Shown in pieces: positions 32,275 through 42,621 of a stretch of 64,000 bases of DNA. The notes under the pieces were generated by a model, which saw only the letters and a program-made list of their open reading frames with translations, was not told the origin of the DNA and ran no database searches. Each line of letters starts with the position of its first letter. Position 1 is the stretch's first letter. Source of the DNA: Acidobacteriaceae bacterium (GTDB lineage Bacteria; Acidobacteriota; Terriglobia; Terriglobales; Acidobacteriaceae); contig CBDIBB010000003.1 in NCBI GenBank assembly GCA_965276625.1, forward strand, positions 1,270,174 to 1,334,173, given 5' to 3'. The translations under genes were made by a program, and so were the position numbers.

Positions 32275-33206
32275 ATGACGGACTCGAGCTGTACGACTCG
32301 CTTGGTGAACTTAGTTTTCGCGGCCTGAATCAGCTCCTGTATTCTTGCCGGCAAAACGCGATCGGCGGATACGGCCAGAACATGCGCGCGCGTGCCTTCC
32401 CAGTCCGGCAAAACCCTGACTAGGCCTGCACCAAACATCGGATGAGAGGCCAGGTGCTGCGGAAGCATCGCGATCCCAAGATGTTCCCGCGCCGCCAGCG
32501 CGGACACGATCACGCTGCTTGAAGCGAACGCTCCTTTCACCGGGACCGCTTGCCGCTTTCGCTCCCGATGCAGGTCCCAGTGCTTTTCCACCGGGCCACC
32601 CGCATACCGGATGCAGGCATGGCTTTCGAGCTCTTGCGGTGTCTTCGGAACCCCGTTGCGCTTCAGGTAGGTCTTCGACGCGTACATCATCCTTGAGAAG
32701 GAACTCACCTGACGCACAGCGTACGAGGAGTCAGGCAGCGAGACCTGATGGGACACCGCGAACGCCACATCGAGCGAATCACGGGCCAGATCCGGCTGCC
32801 CCTGGGTCGCAGTCATGTCGATGGACACAGCCGGGTTCTCTCGACAATACTTTGCGAACACCGGAGCAAGAATGGTTGTCGCCAGGTCAGAAGGCGCGCC
32901 CACCCGCAGATGGCCCGATACCTTCGTAAAGCTTGCACCGAGTTCTTCTCTCGTCCGCGCAGCCTCCTGCACCAGTTTTTCCGAACGCTCGAAGAACGTC
33001 TGACCCGACTCCGTGAGAGCAAAGCTCCGCGTCGATCTTCGGATCAGCACGACGCCCAGTTCTCGCTCCAGGCCCGCAACGCGGCGGCTCAGCGTGGGGG
33101 CGGTAATACCCAAAGCGGCGGCGGCGCGCCCAAAGTTCCGCAGCTTTGCCACTTCAACAAACAGTTCCATGTCGGCGAGAAAACGCACTTTATCTCCTGA
33201 GCTCAT
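32271..33206 (-). CDS. LysR-family transcriptional regulator
   Basis: N-terminal w[35 protein letters not shown]. The start is trimmed to ATG 33206. Its stop overlaps the accC stop (CTAG). Confidence 0.88.
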   Translation of the reverse strand: MSSGDKVRFLADMELFVEVAKLRNFGRAAAALGITAPTLSRRVAGLERELGVVLIRRSTRSFALTESGQTFFERSEKLVQEAARTREELGASFTKVSGHLRVGAPSDLATTILAPVFAKYCRENPAVSIDMTATQGQPDLARDSLDVAFAVSHQVSLPDSSYAVRQVSSFSRMMYASKTYLKRNGVPKTPQELESHACIRYAGGPVEKHWDLHRERKRQAVPVKGAFASSSVIVSALAAREHLGIAMLPQHLASHPMFGAGLVRVLPDWEGTRAHVLAVSADRVLPARIQELIQAAKTKFTKRVVQLESVI

Positions 33207-33211
33207 CCGGA

Positions 33212-33229
33212 TTGCATCGTTTATTGCAA
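33212..33229. promoter_or_regulatory. Inverted repeat TTGCA-N8-TGCAA in the LysR divergent promoter
   Basis: ttgcatcgtttattgcaa lies 6 nt upstream of the LysR start codon, between the divergent genes. Confidence 0.35.
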
Positions 33230-33301
33230 CACTGAATGCGAATACGTGCAAGAAACTGTGCCAGGCCGCGACCCATCTCAAAAGCTGAAGGAGAACGTCC
33301 T

Positions 33302-33646
33302 ATGCAATATCTAGTAAGCTTCACGCCCAACAGGAAGTTCGAAACCGAAGGTACGCCCGCCGATTTCGCAGAGCGCGAGATCGAGGAGCGGGCGCAAACG
33401 CGAGTGCTCTATGCCGCAGGCGAGCTCCGCCAGGTGTGGGCCCACGTGGAAGGGCAAGCGCCGGAAGGGCAGGCACCAAAAATCCTCGGAGCCATTGGCA
33501 TCTTTGAGGCGGAGTCGCCGAACCACCTGCAGGAGATGATCCACAGCTTCCCGCTCGTCAAGCTCGACTACGCCGAGCCTCAGATCATGCCGCTTCAACC
33601 GCACTCGGCATTTATGCCGCCCAAAGCAGACGAGAAGAAAGCCTAA
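33302..33646 (+). CDS. Muconolactone delta-isomerase-like small protein
   Basis: MQYLVSFTPN...EREIEERAQTRVLYAAGELRQVWAHVEG...GIFEAESPNHLQEMIHSFPLVKLDYAEPQIMPLQPH follows the MIase ferredoxin-like pattern. The start is trimmed to ATG 33302. Confidence 0.6.
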   Translation: MQYLVSFTPNRKFETEGTPADFAEREIEERAQTRVLYAAGELRQVWAHVEGQAPEGQAPKILGAIGIFEAESPNHLQEMIHSFPLVKLDYAEPQIMPLQPHSAFMPPKADEKKA

Positions 33647-33714
33647 GCTGCGGCGGAGCCGGAGCATCGCTCCGCACACAATGCGTTTGCAACGAGAAAG
33701 GATGAAACGACACG

Positions 33715-34104
33715 ATGCTGAAGATGAAGGAATTGGATTCGCCGGTCAGCCTGGCGGATCAGTTGAAGGACAACCTGGACGAGCCGATCGTCCAGATGAT
33801 GCTGATCACCGTGGACCCAAGGGACGTGGGAGCTTTCAAAATCGCGTGGGCGAAAAGCGCCGCGTTCTTCAAGCAGCAGCCCGGATATATCTCCGCGCAA
33901 CTGCACCAAGGCATCGCCGGCAGCTCGATGTTCCTCGACTACGCCGTTTTCGAGAGCGTGAAGGCGTTCGCGGCAATCCTCCGGAAGCCGGAGTTCGGCT
34001 CGCTCAGCGAAGCATACCCGGACAGCGCCACCGCCAGCCTGCACCTGTTTCGGCGTACGGCCATCCCCGGCATCTGCTTAGGCGAGGCCGTAGCGCAGTC
34101 ATGA
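33715..34104 (+). CDS. Antibiotic-biosynthesis-monooxygenase (ABM/Dabb) domain protein
   Basis: VQMMLITVDPRDVGAFKIAWAKSAAFFKQQPGYISAQLHQGI...FLDYAVFESVKAF is typical of the ABM fold. Confidence 0.65.
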   Translation: MLKMKELDSPVSLADQLKDNLDEPIVQMMLITVDPRDVGAFKIAWAKSAAFFKQQPGYISAQLHQGIAGSSMFLDYAVFESVKAFAAILRKPEFGSLSEAYPDSATASLHLFRRTAIPGICLGEAVAQS

Positions 34105-34138
34105 AGCAGCGCTGCCGACGGAAGCGCGGTTCGATTGC

Positions 34139-34804
34139 TCAAAGAATATTCACCGCCCGTGCCGCGAGCAGCGCGATGGTCACGAGCGAGATGCTGGACT
34201 GCACCATCATGAGTCCCTTGGCCCAGCGTGACAGCACGGGTACGTCGGTCGGCGAGAATGCGGTGCTGGTGTTGAACGCGAGGAACAGGTAGTCGACGAA
34301 GCCGGGCGACCAGCCGCGCGCGCCCTGCGCTGTCTTCATCGAGTCGATCGTCATCTGTGGGAACAGGAACGCGCCCTCGGTGTGCGCGTCGCGCAGGTCG
34401 CGCGCATGCGGGCCGCCCGCGTCGAGCCGCCAGTACCATGAAGCAAAAACGAGCACGTTGCTCGTCCACAGCACAGCTGCCACGCTCAGCAGCTGCCGGG
34501 GTGCGAGGGTGTGCAGCGGTAGTGACCGGACCAGCACGGCAAGCGACCACAGCAGTGCGAGCGTGACCAGGCCATTGCCGCAGTAGGCCAGCACCTGGGT
34601 AAGCCGGTGATAGCCGCGCTGCCGCGCAAGCACCGCTGGGATGGTCAACGCCGCGACGACAAGCAGCAGCAGCCAGCGGGGCCCGGGCGAGAGCTGCTCA
34701 GGCAGCGCGAGCTCGAGCGCGCCCACGGCAAACAGCGCCAGCATGCCGGGCCAGCGCGGCTCGGGCGTTCGCTTTTGTTTGTCCGACGTGCGTGAAGAGG
34801 GCAT
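34139..34804 (-). CDS. DUF1345-family membrane protein
   Basis: 221 aa with 4-5 TM segments. Conserved FASWYWRLDAGGP and FLFPQM segments, as in DUF1345. Confidence 0.65.
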   Translation of the reverse strand: MPSSRTSDKQKRTPEPRWPGMLALFAVGALELALPEQLSPGPRWLLLLVVAALTIPAVLARQRGYHRLTQVLAYCGNGLVTLALLWSLAVLVRSLPLHTLAPRQLLSVAAVLWTSNVLVFASWYWRLDAGGPHARDLRDAHTEGAFLFPQMTIDSMKTAQGARGWSPGFVDYLFLAFNTSTAFSPTDVPVLSRWAKGLMMVQSSISLVTIALLAARAVNIL

Positions 34805-34860
34805 GGGTTCGATGGTAGGGCACCGCGCCGCACTCTGCCAGTGGTGTGTAGAGTGGGCCT

Positions 34861-35502
34861 ATGCCGTTCGTGCTGCCGCCGCTTTATCCAATCCTCGATG
34901 CACATTATTTCCCCGCTGAGCCCGCGGCGCGGGCTCGTTTTCTCGGTGCGACGGTTCGCGATCTCGCCGCGCATGGGGTAACGCTGCTGCAGCTGCGGAT
35001 GAAGCAGGCCACGCGCGAAGAGTTGCTGGACGCGGCTGAGGCTGTCAGGCGTGGCGCGCCAGCGGGGATGCGGCTGATCCTGAACGACCACGCCGACCTG
35101 GTGAGCCACACCGGGTTCGACGGGGTGCACCTTGGGCAGGGAGACATGCCGGTCGCGAAGGCTCGGGCCCTGCTCGGCGCGGACGCGATCATCGGGCTCT
35201 CGACGCATACGCCGGAAGAGGTCGCGGACTCCGTTGCTGCCGGGCCGGACTACGTCGCGATCGGGCCGGTTTTTACCACCGGGAGCAAAGCGGATGCGGA
35301 GCCGGTCATCGGGCTGGACGGTGTGCGGGTCGCGCGTGGACTGACAGCGAAGCCGCTGGTTGCGATCGGCGGCATCTCGCTCGCGCGCGCGGAGGACGTC
35401 TGGGCGGCCGGTGCGGACTCGGTCGCGGTGATCGGCGCGCTGTTTGCCGAGGGTGCCTCGCCGGGCAGATTAGCTGGAGACTTTCTAAGGCTTTTCCGGT
35501 AG
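34861..35502 (+). CDS. thiE: Thiamine-phosphate synthase
   Basis: LYPILD N-terminus, VTLLQLRMK, DGVHLGQGD and GPVFTTGSK blocks. Confidence 0.9.
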   Translation: MPFVLPPLYPILDAHYFPAEPAARARFLGATVRDLAAHGVTLLQLRMKQATREELLDAAEAVRRGAPAGMRLILNDHADLVSHTGFDGVHLGQGDMPVAKARALLGADAIIGLSTHTPEEVADSVAAGPDYVAIGPVFTTGSKADAEPVIGLDGVRVARGLTAKPLVAIGGISLARAEDVWAAGADSVAVIGALFAEGASPGRLAGDFLRLFR

Positions 35503-35515
35503 AACAGGTTGTAAC

Positions 35516-37066
35516 GTGACGACGCCCCTGCCGGCAGTACCCGTTTCCAAAGCCAATGAACCGTTGATCAAGGGCCTCGGCCTTTTCAGCGCGACCTCGA
35601 TTGTCGTCGGTTCGATGATCGGCTCCGGCATCTTTATCGTCTCGGCGGATATCAGTCGCGTGACCGGCTCGCCTGCGCTGCTGATCGGCGCATGGCTGGT
35701 GACGGCGGTCATGACGATCATTGGCGCGCTCTCCTACGGAGAGCTTGCGGCGATGATGCCGAAGGCCGGCGGCCAGTATGTCTACCTGCGCGAAGCGCTC
35801 GGGCCCATGTGGGGCTTTCTGTTCGGATGGACGCTGTTTCTCGTCATCCAGACCGGGACGATTGCAGCCGTGGGTGTCGCGTTCGGCAAGTTCCTCGGCG
35901 TATTTTTCCCGACGGTTTCATCAACACGTTGGTTGCTGAGGCTGGGGCACGTGCCCGCGGTGCAGATTGGCCCGGTCACGCTCGGCAACATGGAGCTGGG
36001 CATCAACACGGCGAACCTCGCCGGCATTCTCATCGTCATCCTGCTGACGGCGGTCAACATCTTCGGGGTACGGCTGGGCGCGCTGGTGCAGAACATCTTC
36101 ACCACCGCCAAGACCCTCGCGCTGCTAGCGCTGGTGATTTTCGGGGTGCTGCTCGGGCGCAACCATGCGGCCATCGCGGCCAACTTTCAGCATGGGCATT
36201 TCTGGGCCGGCGCCGGGCTGCACACCATGCACCCGCTCGCCACCGGCGGCGGGGTCGCGCTGGTTGGGCTGGTCACCATGCTTGCCGTGGTGCAGACAGG
36301 CTCGCTGTTCTCAGCCGACGCCTGGAACAACGTGACCTTTACCGCGGGCGAGGTCCGCAACCCCAGCCGCAACCTGCCGCTTTCACTCGTGCTCGGCACG
36401 GGTATCGTGCTCGCGCTCTACCTGCTGTCGAATTTCGTCTACCTGTTTGCGCTGCCGCTCGCCGGTAGCCCGCATGGGGCGACGGCGTTCGCGCGCGGTA
36501 TCCAGTATGCCAGTGAAGATCGCGTGGCCACTGCGGTGCTGCAGCAGATCTTCCACTCGGCCGGCGCGTACCTGATGGCCGGCGCCATCCTGATTTCGAC
36601 CTTCGGCTGCGCCAACGGGCTGATCCTCGCAGGCTCGCGCGTGTACTACGCCATGAGCCGGGACGGCCTGTTCTTCAAGGCGACCGGGCGCCTGCACCCG
36701 CGCTACAAGACCCCGGTGGCGTCGCTGATCATCCAGGCTGTATGGACGTGCCTGCTGTGCATCTCGGGATCGTACGGACAGCTGCTGGATTACATCATTT
36801 GCGCCGAGCTGGTTTTTTACATCCTCACTATCGCAAGCCTGTTCGTGCTGCGGGTCAAACGGCCACACGCCGAGCGGCCGTACCGCGCTCTCGGCTACCC
36901 CGTTCTGCCTGCGCTGTACATCGTGATGGCCGCGACCATCTGCTACACGCTGCTGCGCTACAAGCCCCAGTACACCTGGCCCGGGCTGTTTCTCGTCCTG
37001 CTGGGCGTACCGGTTTATTTTCTGTGGTCGCGCTCTTCCGCGCGGCAAGTCGAGACGCTGCTGTAA
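35516..37066 (+). CDS. APC-superfamily amino acid permease
   Basis: 516 aa with 12+ TM. GSMIGSGIF and GELAAMMPKAGGQYVYL are signature-like blocks. It starts 13 nt after thiE. Confidence 0.85.
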   Translation: MTTPLPAVPVSKANEPLIKGLGLFSATSIVVGSMIGSGIFIVSADISRVTGSPALLIGAWLVTAVMTIIGALSYGELAAMMPKAGGQYVYLREALGPMWGFLFGWTLFLVIQTGTIAAVGVAFGKFLGVFFPTVSSTRWLLRLGHVPAVQIGPVTLGNMELGINTANLAGILIVILLTAVNIFGVRLGALVQNIFTTAKTLALLALVIFGVLLGRNHAAIAANFQHGHFWAGAGLHTMHPLATGGGVALVGLVTMLAVVQTGSLFSADAWNNVTFTAGEVRNPSRNLPLSLVLGTGIVLALYLLSNFVYLFALPLAGSPHGATAFARGIQYASEDRVATAVLQQIFHSAGAYLMAGAILISTFGCANGLILAGSRVYYAMSRDGLFFKATGRLHPRYKTPVASLIIQAVWTCLLCISGSYGQLLDYIICAELVFYILTIASLFVLRVKRPHAERPYRALGYPVLPALYIVMAATICYTLLRYKPQYTWPGLFLVLLGVPVYFLWSRSSARQVETLL

Positions 37067-37102
37067 CGTGAAGGCAACTTACTGAAGGGAAATCGCCCGC
37101 GC

Positions 37103-38650
37103 ATGGCAAACCTGCTAGCCACCAAACCGATGTCGATGTTGAAGCACGAGGCCAGCGAGGAAGGGGACAGGACCCTCAAGCGTTCGCTCGGCCCGGTCAA
37201 CCTGATCACGCTGGGTATCGGCGCGATCGTCGGCGCCGGCATTTTCGTGCTGACCGGCCATGCAGCGGCCGCGAACGCGGGCCCCGCGATCGCGCTCTCG
37301 TTCATCGTCGCAGGCATCACCTGCGCGTTTGCGGGTCTGTGCTATGCGGAGTTCGCCTCGATCATCCCGATCGCCGGCTCCGCCTACACCTACGGCTATG
37401 CGACGCTTGGCGAGTTTGTCGCATGGATTATCGGCTGGGACCTGGTGCTTGAGTACGCATTCGGCGCGGCTACGGTCGCGAGCGGCTGGTCGGGGTATCT
37501 GCTGAGCCTGCTCGAGCAGCTGCACCTGACGCCGTCGCCGTCGCTGGCGCGGTTTACGACCACCTTCGGCAACACGATTTACCTCTGGCACGGCCGCTGG
37601 CAGCCGCTCGAGTCGATGCCCATGGGCACCAGCACAGCGGGGCTGGTACACGTGACCGGGCTGTTCAACCTGGTCGCGTTCGCGGTAATTGCGGTGGTAA
37701 CGGCGGTGCTGGTCATTGGGATCAAGGAGTCGGCCAACCTGAACTCGGCGATCGTAATCGTGAAGCTGGGCATTGTCGGCATTTTCATCGTGCTGGGCGC
37801 TTTGTTTCTGCTGCACCATCCGCAGCTGGCCATGAGGAACTGGCACCCGTTCATTCCGAAAAATATAGGCCCGGGGCATTATGGGCCTTCGGGGATCGTA
37901 GCGGGCGCGGCATCGGTGTTCTTCGCCTATATCGGGTTCGACGCCGTTTCGACGGCAGCGCAGGAGGCGAAGAATCCGCGGCGCGACATGCCGATCGGCA
38001 TCCTCGGCTCACTGGTCTTCTGCACGGTGCTGTACATCATCACGTCGACGGTGCTGACCGGCCTTGTGAACTATCGCGAACTGAACGTGGCGGAGCCGGT
38101 GGCGATGGGCATTGACGTCACGGGTGTCGCCTGGGGCTCGCTGCTGGTCAAGATCGGCGCTGTTTTCGGCCTGTTTACCGTCATGCTGGTGATGCTGCTC
38201 GGCCAGTCGCGCGTGTTTTTTTCGATGTCGAACGACGGGCTGCTGCCGAAGTGGGCGAGCGCGATTCACCCGAAGTTCCGGACGCCGTGGATTTCGAACA
38301 TCGTGGTTGGCACGATTGTCGCTTTCCTGCCCGCGCTACTGCCGATCGGCAAGCTGTCAGAGCTGGTCAACATGGGCACCCTGCTTGCGTTCGCGATCGT
38401 CTCCGCCGGGGTGTGGATCCTGCGACGGCGCCAGCCCGACCTGGTGCGCCCGTTCCGCACACCATGGGTGCCGCTGGTGCCGATCCTCGGGATCTGCAGC
38501 GCGTTTTACCTGATGTTCAACCTGCCGCTGCTGACCTGGGAGGTCGTGGGCATCTGGCTGGTGATCGGTCTGGGGATTTACTTCGGCTACTCGGTCAAGC
38601 ACAGCAAAGTGCAGGCGCTGCCGCAGGAACATACGACGGGGCGCACCTGA
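37103..38650 (+). CDS. APC-superfamily (cationic amino acid transporter-like) permease
   Basis: 515 aa. Contains GIGAIVGAGIFVLTG and CYAEFASIIPIAGSAYTY. Confidence 0.85.
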   Translation: MANLLATKPMSMLKHEASEEGDRTLKRSLGPVNLITLGIGAIVGAGIFVLTGHAAAANAGPAIALSFIVAGITCAFAGLCYAEFASIIPIAGSAYTYGYATLGEFVAWIIGWDLVLEYAFGAATVASGWSGYLLSLLEQLHLTPSPSLARFTTTFGNTIYLWHGRWQPLESMPMGTSTAGLVHVTGLFNLVAFAVIAVVTAVLVIGIKESANLNSAIVIVKLGIVGIFIVLGALFLLHHPQLAMRNWHPFIPKNIGPGHYGPSGIVAGAASVFFAYIGFDAVSTAAQEAKNPRRDMPIGILGSLVFCTVLYIITSTVLTGLVNYRELNVAEPVAMGIDVTGVAWGSLLVKIGAVFGLFTVMLVMLLGQSRVFFSMSNDGLLPKWASAIHPKFRTPWISNIVVGTIVAFLPALLPIGKLSELVNMGTLLAFAIVSAGVWILRRRQPDLVRPFRTPWVPLVPILGICSAFYLMFNLPLLTWEVVGIWLVIGLGIYFGYSVKHSKVQALPQEHTTGRT

Positions 38651-38672
38651 GGGGTGCGTCTCGCGCTTGGCT

Positions 38673-38714
38673 GCGAACGGGCAAGAGTGAACGAGCAAGA
38701 GCGAACGAGCAAGA
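38673..38714 (+). repeat. Tandem 14-mer x3 (plus a partial fourth) after the permease stop
   Basis: gcgaacgggcaaga gtgaacgagcaaga gcgaacgagcaaga (gcaaacaa). The first unit is identical to the reverse complement of 17609-17622. Confidence 0.85.
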
Positions 38715-38729
38715 GCAAACAAATAGTTG

Positions 38730-39092
38730 TTATGCCGTCAGACCCTGTAGCTCAAGCTGGTCGCCGACCTTCAGGCCGCAGGATTCGATATGGCCGGCCG
38801 GCAGCTCGAGGATGCTGCTCGCCTTCAAGCTGAGGCAGCTGATGCGCCAGGGCTTGACTGATTCGGCCAGCTTGACGACCCTGTGATCCTTGTCGATTGC
38901 CGCGATGTCGATCTTCATCCGCATCCAGCAGGTGTGAACGCCGGACGACGGAGCGATCAGCAGACCGCGCCCCGGTTCAAGGGTGCGCCTGCCCATCAAT
39001 CCGACAAGCCGGGTTAAAAATGAGTCGGCTACCATGACCCGAGAGCCGACCACGGTAGCCTTACTCGTGTTGAAAACTGTAATCTCGCGCAT
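38730..39092 (-). CDS. DUF192-domain protein
   Basis: 120 aa. ADSFLTRLVGLMGRRTLEPGRGLLIAPSSGVHTCWMRMKIDIAAIDKDHRVV matches the conserved DUF192 core (GLM...L...GM.F..C..IHT.GM..P.D). Confidence 0.8.
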   Translation of the reverse strand: MREITVFNTSKATVVGSRVMVADSFLTRLVGLMGRRTLEPGRGLLIAPSSGVHTCWMRMKIDIAAIDKDHRVVKLAESVKPWRISCLSLKASSILELPAGHIESCGLKVGDQLELQGLTA

Positions 39093-39100
39093 CCGGGTAT

Positions 39101-39196
39101 CTACGCTGCCTTTGCTTTGCGGCGGGCAATCAGTATGCCAAGTACGACGACGAAAAGAACGCCTGCGACGATCCGGATGATGGTAGCTGAAGCCAT
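39101..39196 (-). CDS. 31-aa hydrophobic micro-protein (single TM, basic C-terminus)
   Basis: MASATIIRIVAGVLFVVVLGILIARRKAKAA. ATG 39196 has a strong SD (caAGGAGaactatcATG). The stop is 8 nt before the DUF192 start. Confidence 0.55.
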   Translation of the reverse strand: MASATIIRIVAGVLFVVVLGILIARRKAKAA

Positions 39197-39354
39197 GATA
39201 GTTCTCCTTGAGTAAGTCGTAATGATTTGAAGCAGCACCGTAAGTGATCCCCAGGTAAGCGGCTGTGCATACTTTACTGAGAACTGCACCGAAAACTTGC
39301 GGTATCTCGGCTTTTTTCTTCGCGTCTAGTTACTTTCATGTAGTGGGTCGGAGC

Positions 39355-40245
39355 CTATTTGGTCATGGTGAACAGACCCTTTGAGACCGCGATGATCGCC
39401 GGACCCAGAAGAACGATGAAGATGCAGGGAAAGATGAACAGCACCAGCGGGAACAGCATCTTGACAGTCGTCTTCGCGGCCTTTTCTTCAGCAGCCTGTT
39501 TGCGCTTCAACCGCATATCGTCTGAGAAGGTGCTAAGTGCCCGCGCGATCGGCGTGCCGAAGCGCTCCGTCTGCACCAGCATGTTGACGAAGCTGTTGAC
39601 TTCAGGAAGCTTTGTCCTCAACGCCATGTTCTTCCACGCCTCGACACGCGGCCGGCCCGCCCGCTGTTCCCGGTTGATCTGCACGAACTCCTCGTTGATC
39701 TCCGGGTGACTCACCTCAAGCTCCTGCCCGGCGCGAAGCATCGCCTGATCGAGGCCCAGGCCCGCATCCACGCAGATCACCAGCAGATCGACGGAGTCCG
39801 GCATGCTCCGCTTGATCTTTTCCCGCCTTTTTTTCACCTTCCGGTCGACCCAGAACTCGGGGGCCATGTAGGCCGCCCCTGCGAGGCCCATCGCCCATAG
39901 AAAAGGATTCGTCGGGATGAACGTACCGAGCACGAGACCCGCGATCGGCCCAAGGGTGCGTACGGCAAAATAGATCTCCAGTGCCTCCGGCGACCGGATG
40001 CCCGCTTGTAGAAAGCGCTCGCGCAGCTTCGGGGTCTCCGCGCTCCCAAGCCGCATGCGTATCCTGCTGAACGTCTGCAGCAGGCTCGCTCTGGCAGGTG
40101 TTTCCTGCGCTTTCAAGCCGAAGACATCGTTCCGGGTGGCCTGTAGAAACCTGCGCTGCACTTTCCGCGGCAGCGCGCTGGCGCCCGCAAGGGCCACAGC
40201 GCAGAACAGGGTGAAGCCGAAAGAGAGATAAAACAGCCATGTCAT
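39355..40245 (-). CDS. tadC: Tad/Flp pilus inner-membrane platform protein TadC
   Basis: T2SS-F-like domain with three TM. It pairs with tadB immediately upstream. Confidence 0.85.
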   Translation of the reverse strand: MTWLFYLSFGFTLFCAVALAGASALPRKVQRRFLQATRNDVFGLKAQETPARASLLQTFSRIRMRLGSAETPKLRERFLQAGIRSPEALEIYFAVRTLGPIAGLVLGTFIPTNPFLWAMGLAGAAYMAPEFWVDRKVKKRREKIKRSMPDSVDLLVICVDAGLGLDQAMLRAGQELEVSHPEINEEFVQINREQRAGRPRVEAWKNMALRTKLPEVNSFVNMLVQTERFGTPIARALSTFSDDMRLKRKQAAEEKAAKTTVKMLFPLVLFIFPCIFIVLLGPAIIAVSKGLFTMTK

Positions 40246-40249
40246 CGCG

Positions 40250-41224
40250 TCATACCTCGATCTTGACGATTCTGGAGATAAGGAAACTGCCGATCGCGAT
40301 CAGGCACGCGCCCCCGCACAGCATCTTCTGCCCCAGCGGATCGTGCAGCAGGGGTGCGGCGTAGCCCGGATTAAAGATGTTGATCAGGACGCCGAGAATT
40401 ACGGGAAGCAGCGAAAGAATCCAGCCAGTGAGGCGGCCCTGCGCGGTCTTGGTCCTCACCTCGCCCAAAATCCGCCCGCGCTCGCGGATCACGTGGGTCG
40501 TGCGGTCGAGGATCTCGGTAAGGTTGCCGCCGGTCTCCTTCTGCACCATCACCGCGGTCACCAGGAACTGCAGATCCTTTGAAGGCACCCGATCCGCCAG
40601 CTGCAGCACCGCATCGCGAAACGGCAGGCCGAAGTTCTGCGAGCGGAACACCTCGCCGAACTCCGATGCGACAGGCTCCTGGCTCTGCTCGGCGACAACC
40701 TCAATCGCCGACGAGAGGGAATGGCCCGCTTTGAGCGCGCGGGACATCAGGTCGATCGCATCGGGCAGCTCCCGCTCGAACGCCTTGAGCCGGCGCCCCC
40801 GGTAAAACCTGAGTATCAGTACCGGGCAAGCACCGGCCACAAGCGCTGCCACGGCTTCGACCGGCGTGTTCGACACAAAAACTTTTACAAGCAGAAAAGC
40901 CCCCGCTGCCAGCGCTACCGACTTCACGATCGTCTTGGCCGGGGTGGTCGGCCTGTCAGACTGCCGGATCAGCCTTTCAAAACGCGGGTAGAAACCGAAG
41001 CCGTCCAGCAGCGCATCGAGCCTCGCCATCTGCCCATGCGCGGCCGGCTGCCTCAGCAGCTCGTCGGAGTCCTCCTCCGGCAGCCTGCCCGGCGCGTTGA
41101 CCAGCACCAGCGACTTGAAGCGCGTGTTCACCGCCTTCTCCTGCCGGGATGACCGCGTGAGCGCGGCGATTGTGCAGAAGCTGAGGAACAGCGCGCCGGT
41201 AAAGAAGGTTACGAGCAGGAACAT
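40250..41224 (-). CDS. tadB: Tad/Flp pilus inner-membrane platform protein TadB
   Basis: ORF 40250..41761 trimmed to ATG 41224 (MFLLVTFFTGALFLSF), 2 nt after the tadA stop. T2SS-F-like domain. Confidence 0.85.
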   Translation of the reverse strand: MFLLVTFFTGALFLSFCTIAALTRSSRQEKAVNTRFKSLVLVNAPGRLPEEDSDELLRQPAAHGQMARLDALLDGFGFYPRFERLIRQSDRPTTPAKTIVKSVALAAGAFLLVKVFVSNTPVEAVAALVAGACPVLILRFYRGRRLKAFERELPDAIDLMSRALKAGHSLSSAIEVVAEQSQEPVASEFGEVFRSQNFGLPFRDAVLQLADRVPSKDLQFLVTAVMVQKETGGNLTEILDRTTHVIRERGRILGEVRTKTAQGRLTGWILSLLPVILGVLINIFNPGYAAPLLHDPLGQKMLCGGACLIAIGSFLISRIVKIEV

Positions 41225-41226
41225 CG

Positions 41227-42594
<1,368 letters not shown>

Positions 42595-42621
42595 CGTGTT
42601 CTCCTCCCGATCGCGGGTTCA

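Noticed and set aside
34805-34860. TPP riboswitch upstream of thiE
   Set aside because: Only 56 nt separate the divergent DUF1345 start from the thiE start. No CUGAGA / ACCUGA-type THI-box core is visible.
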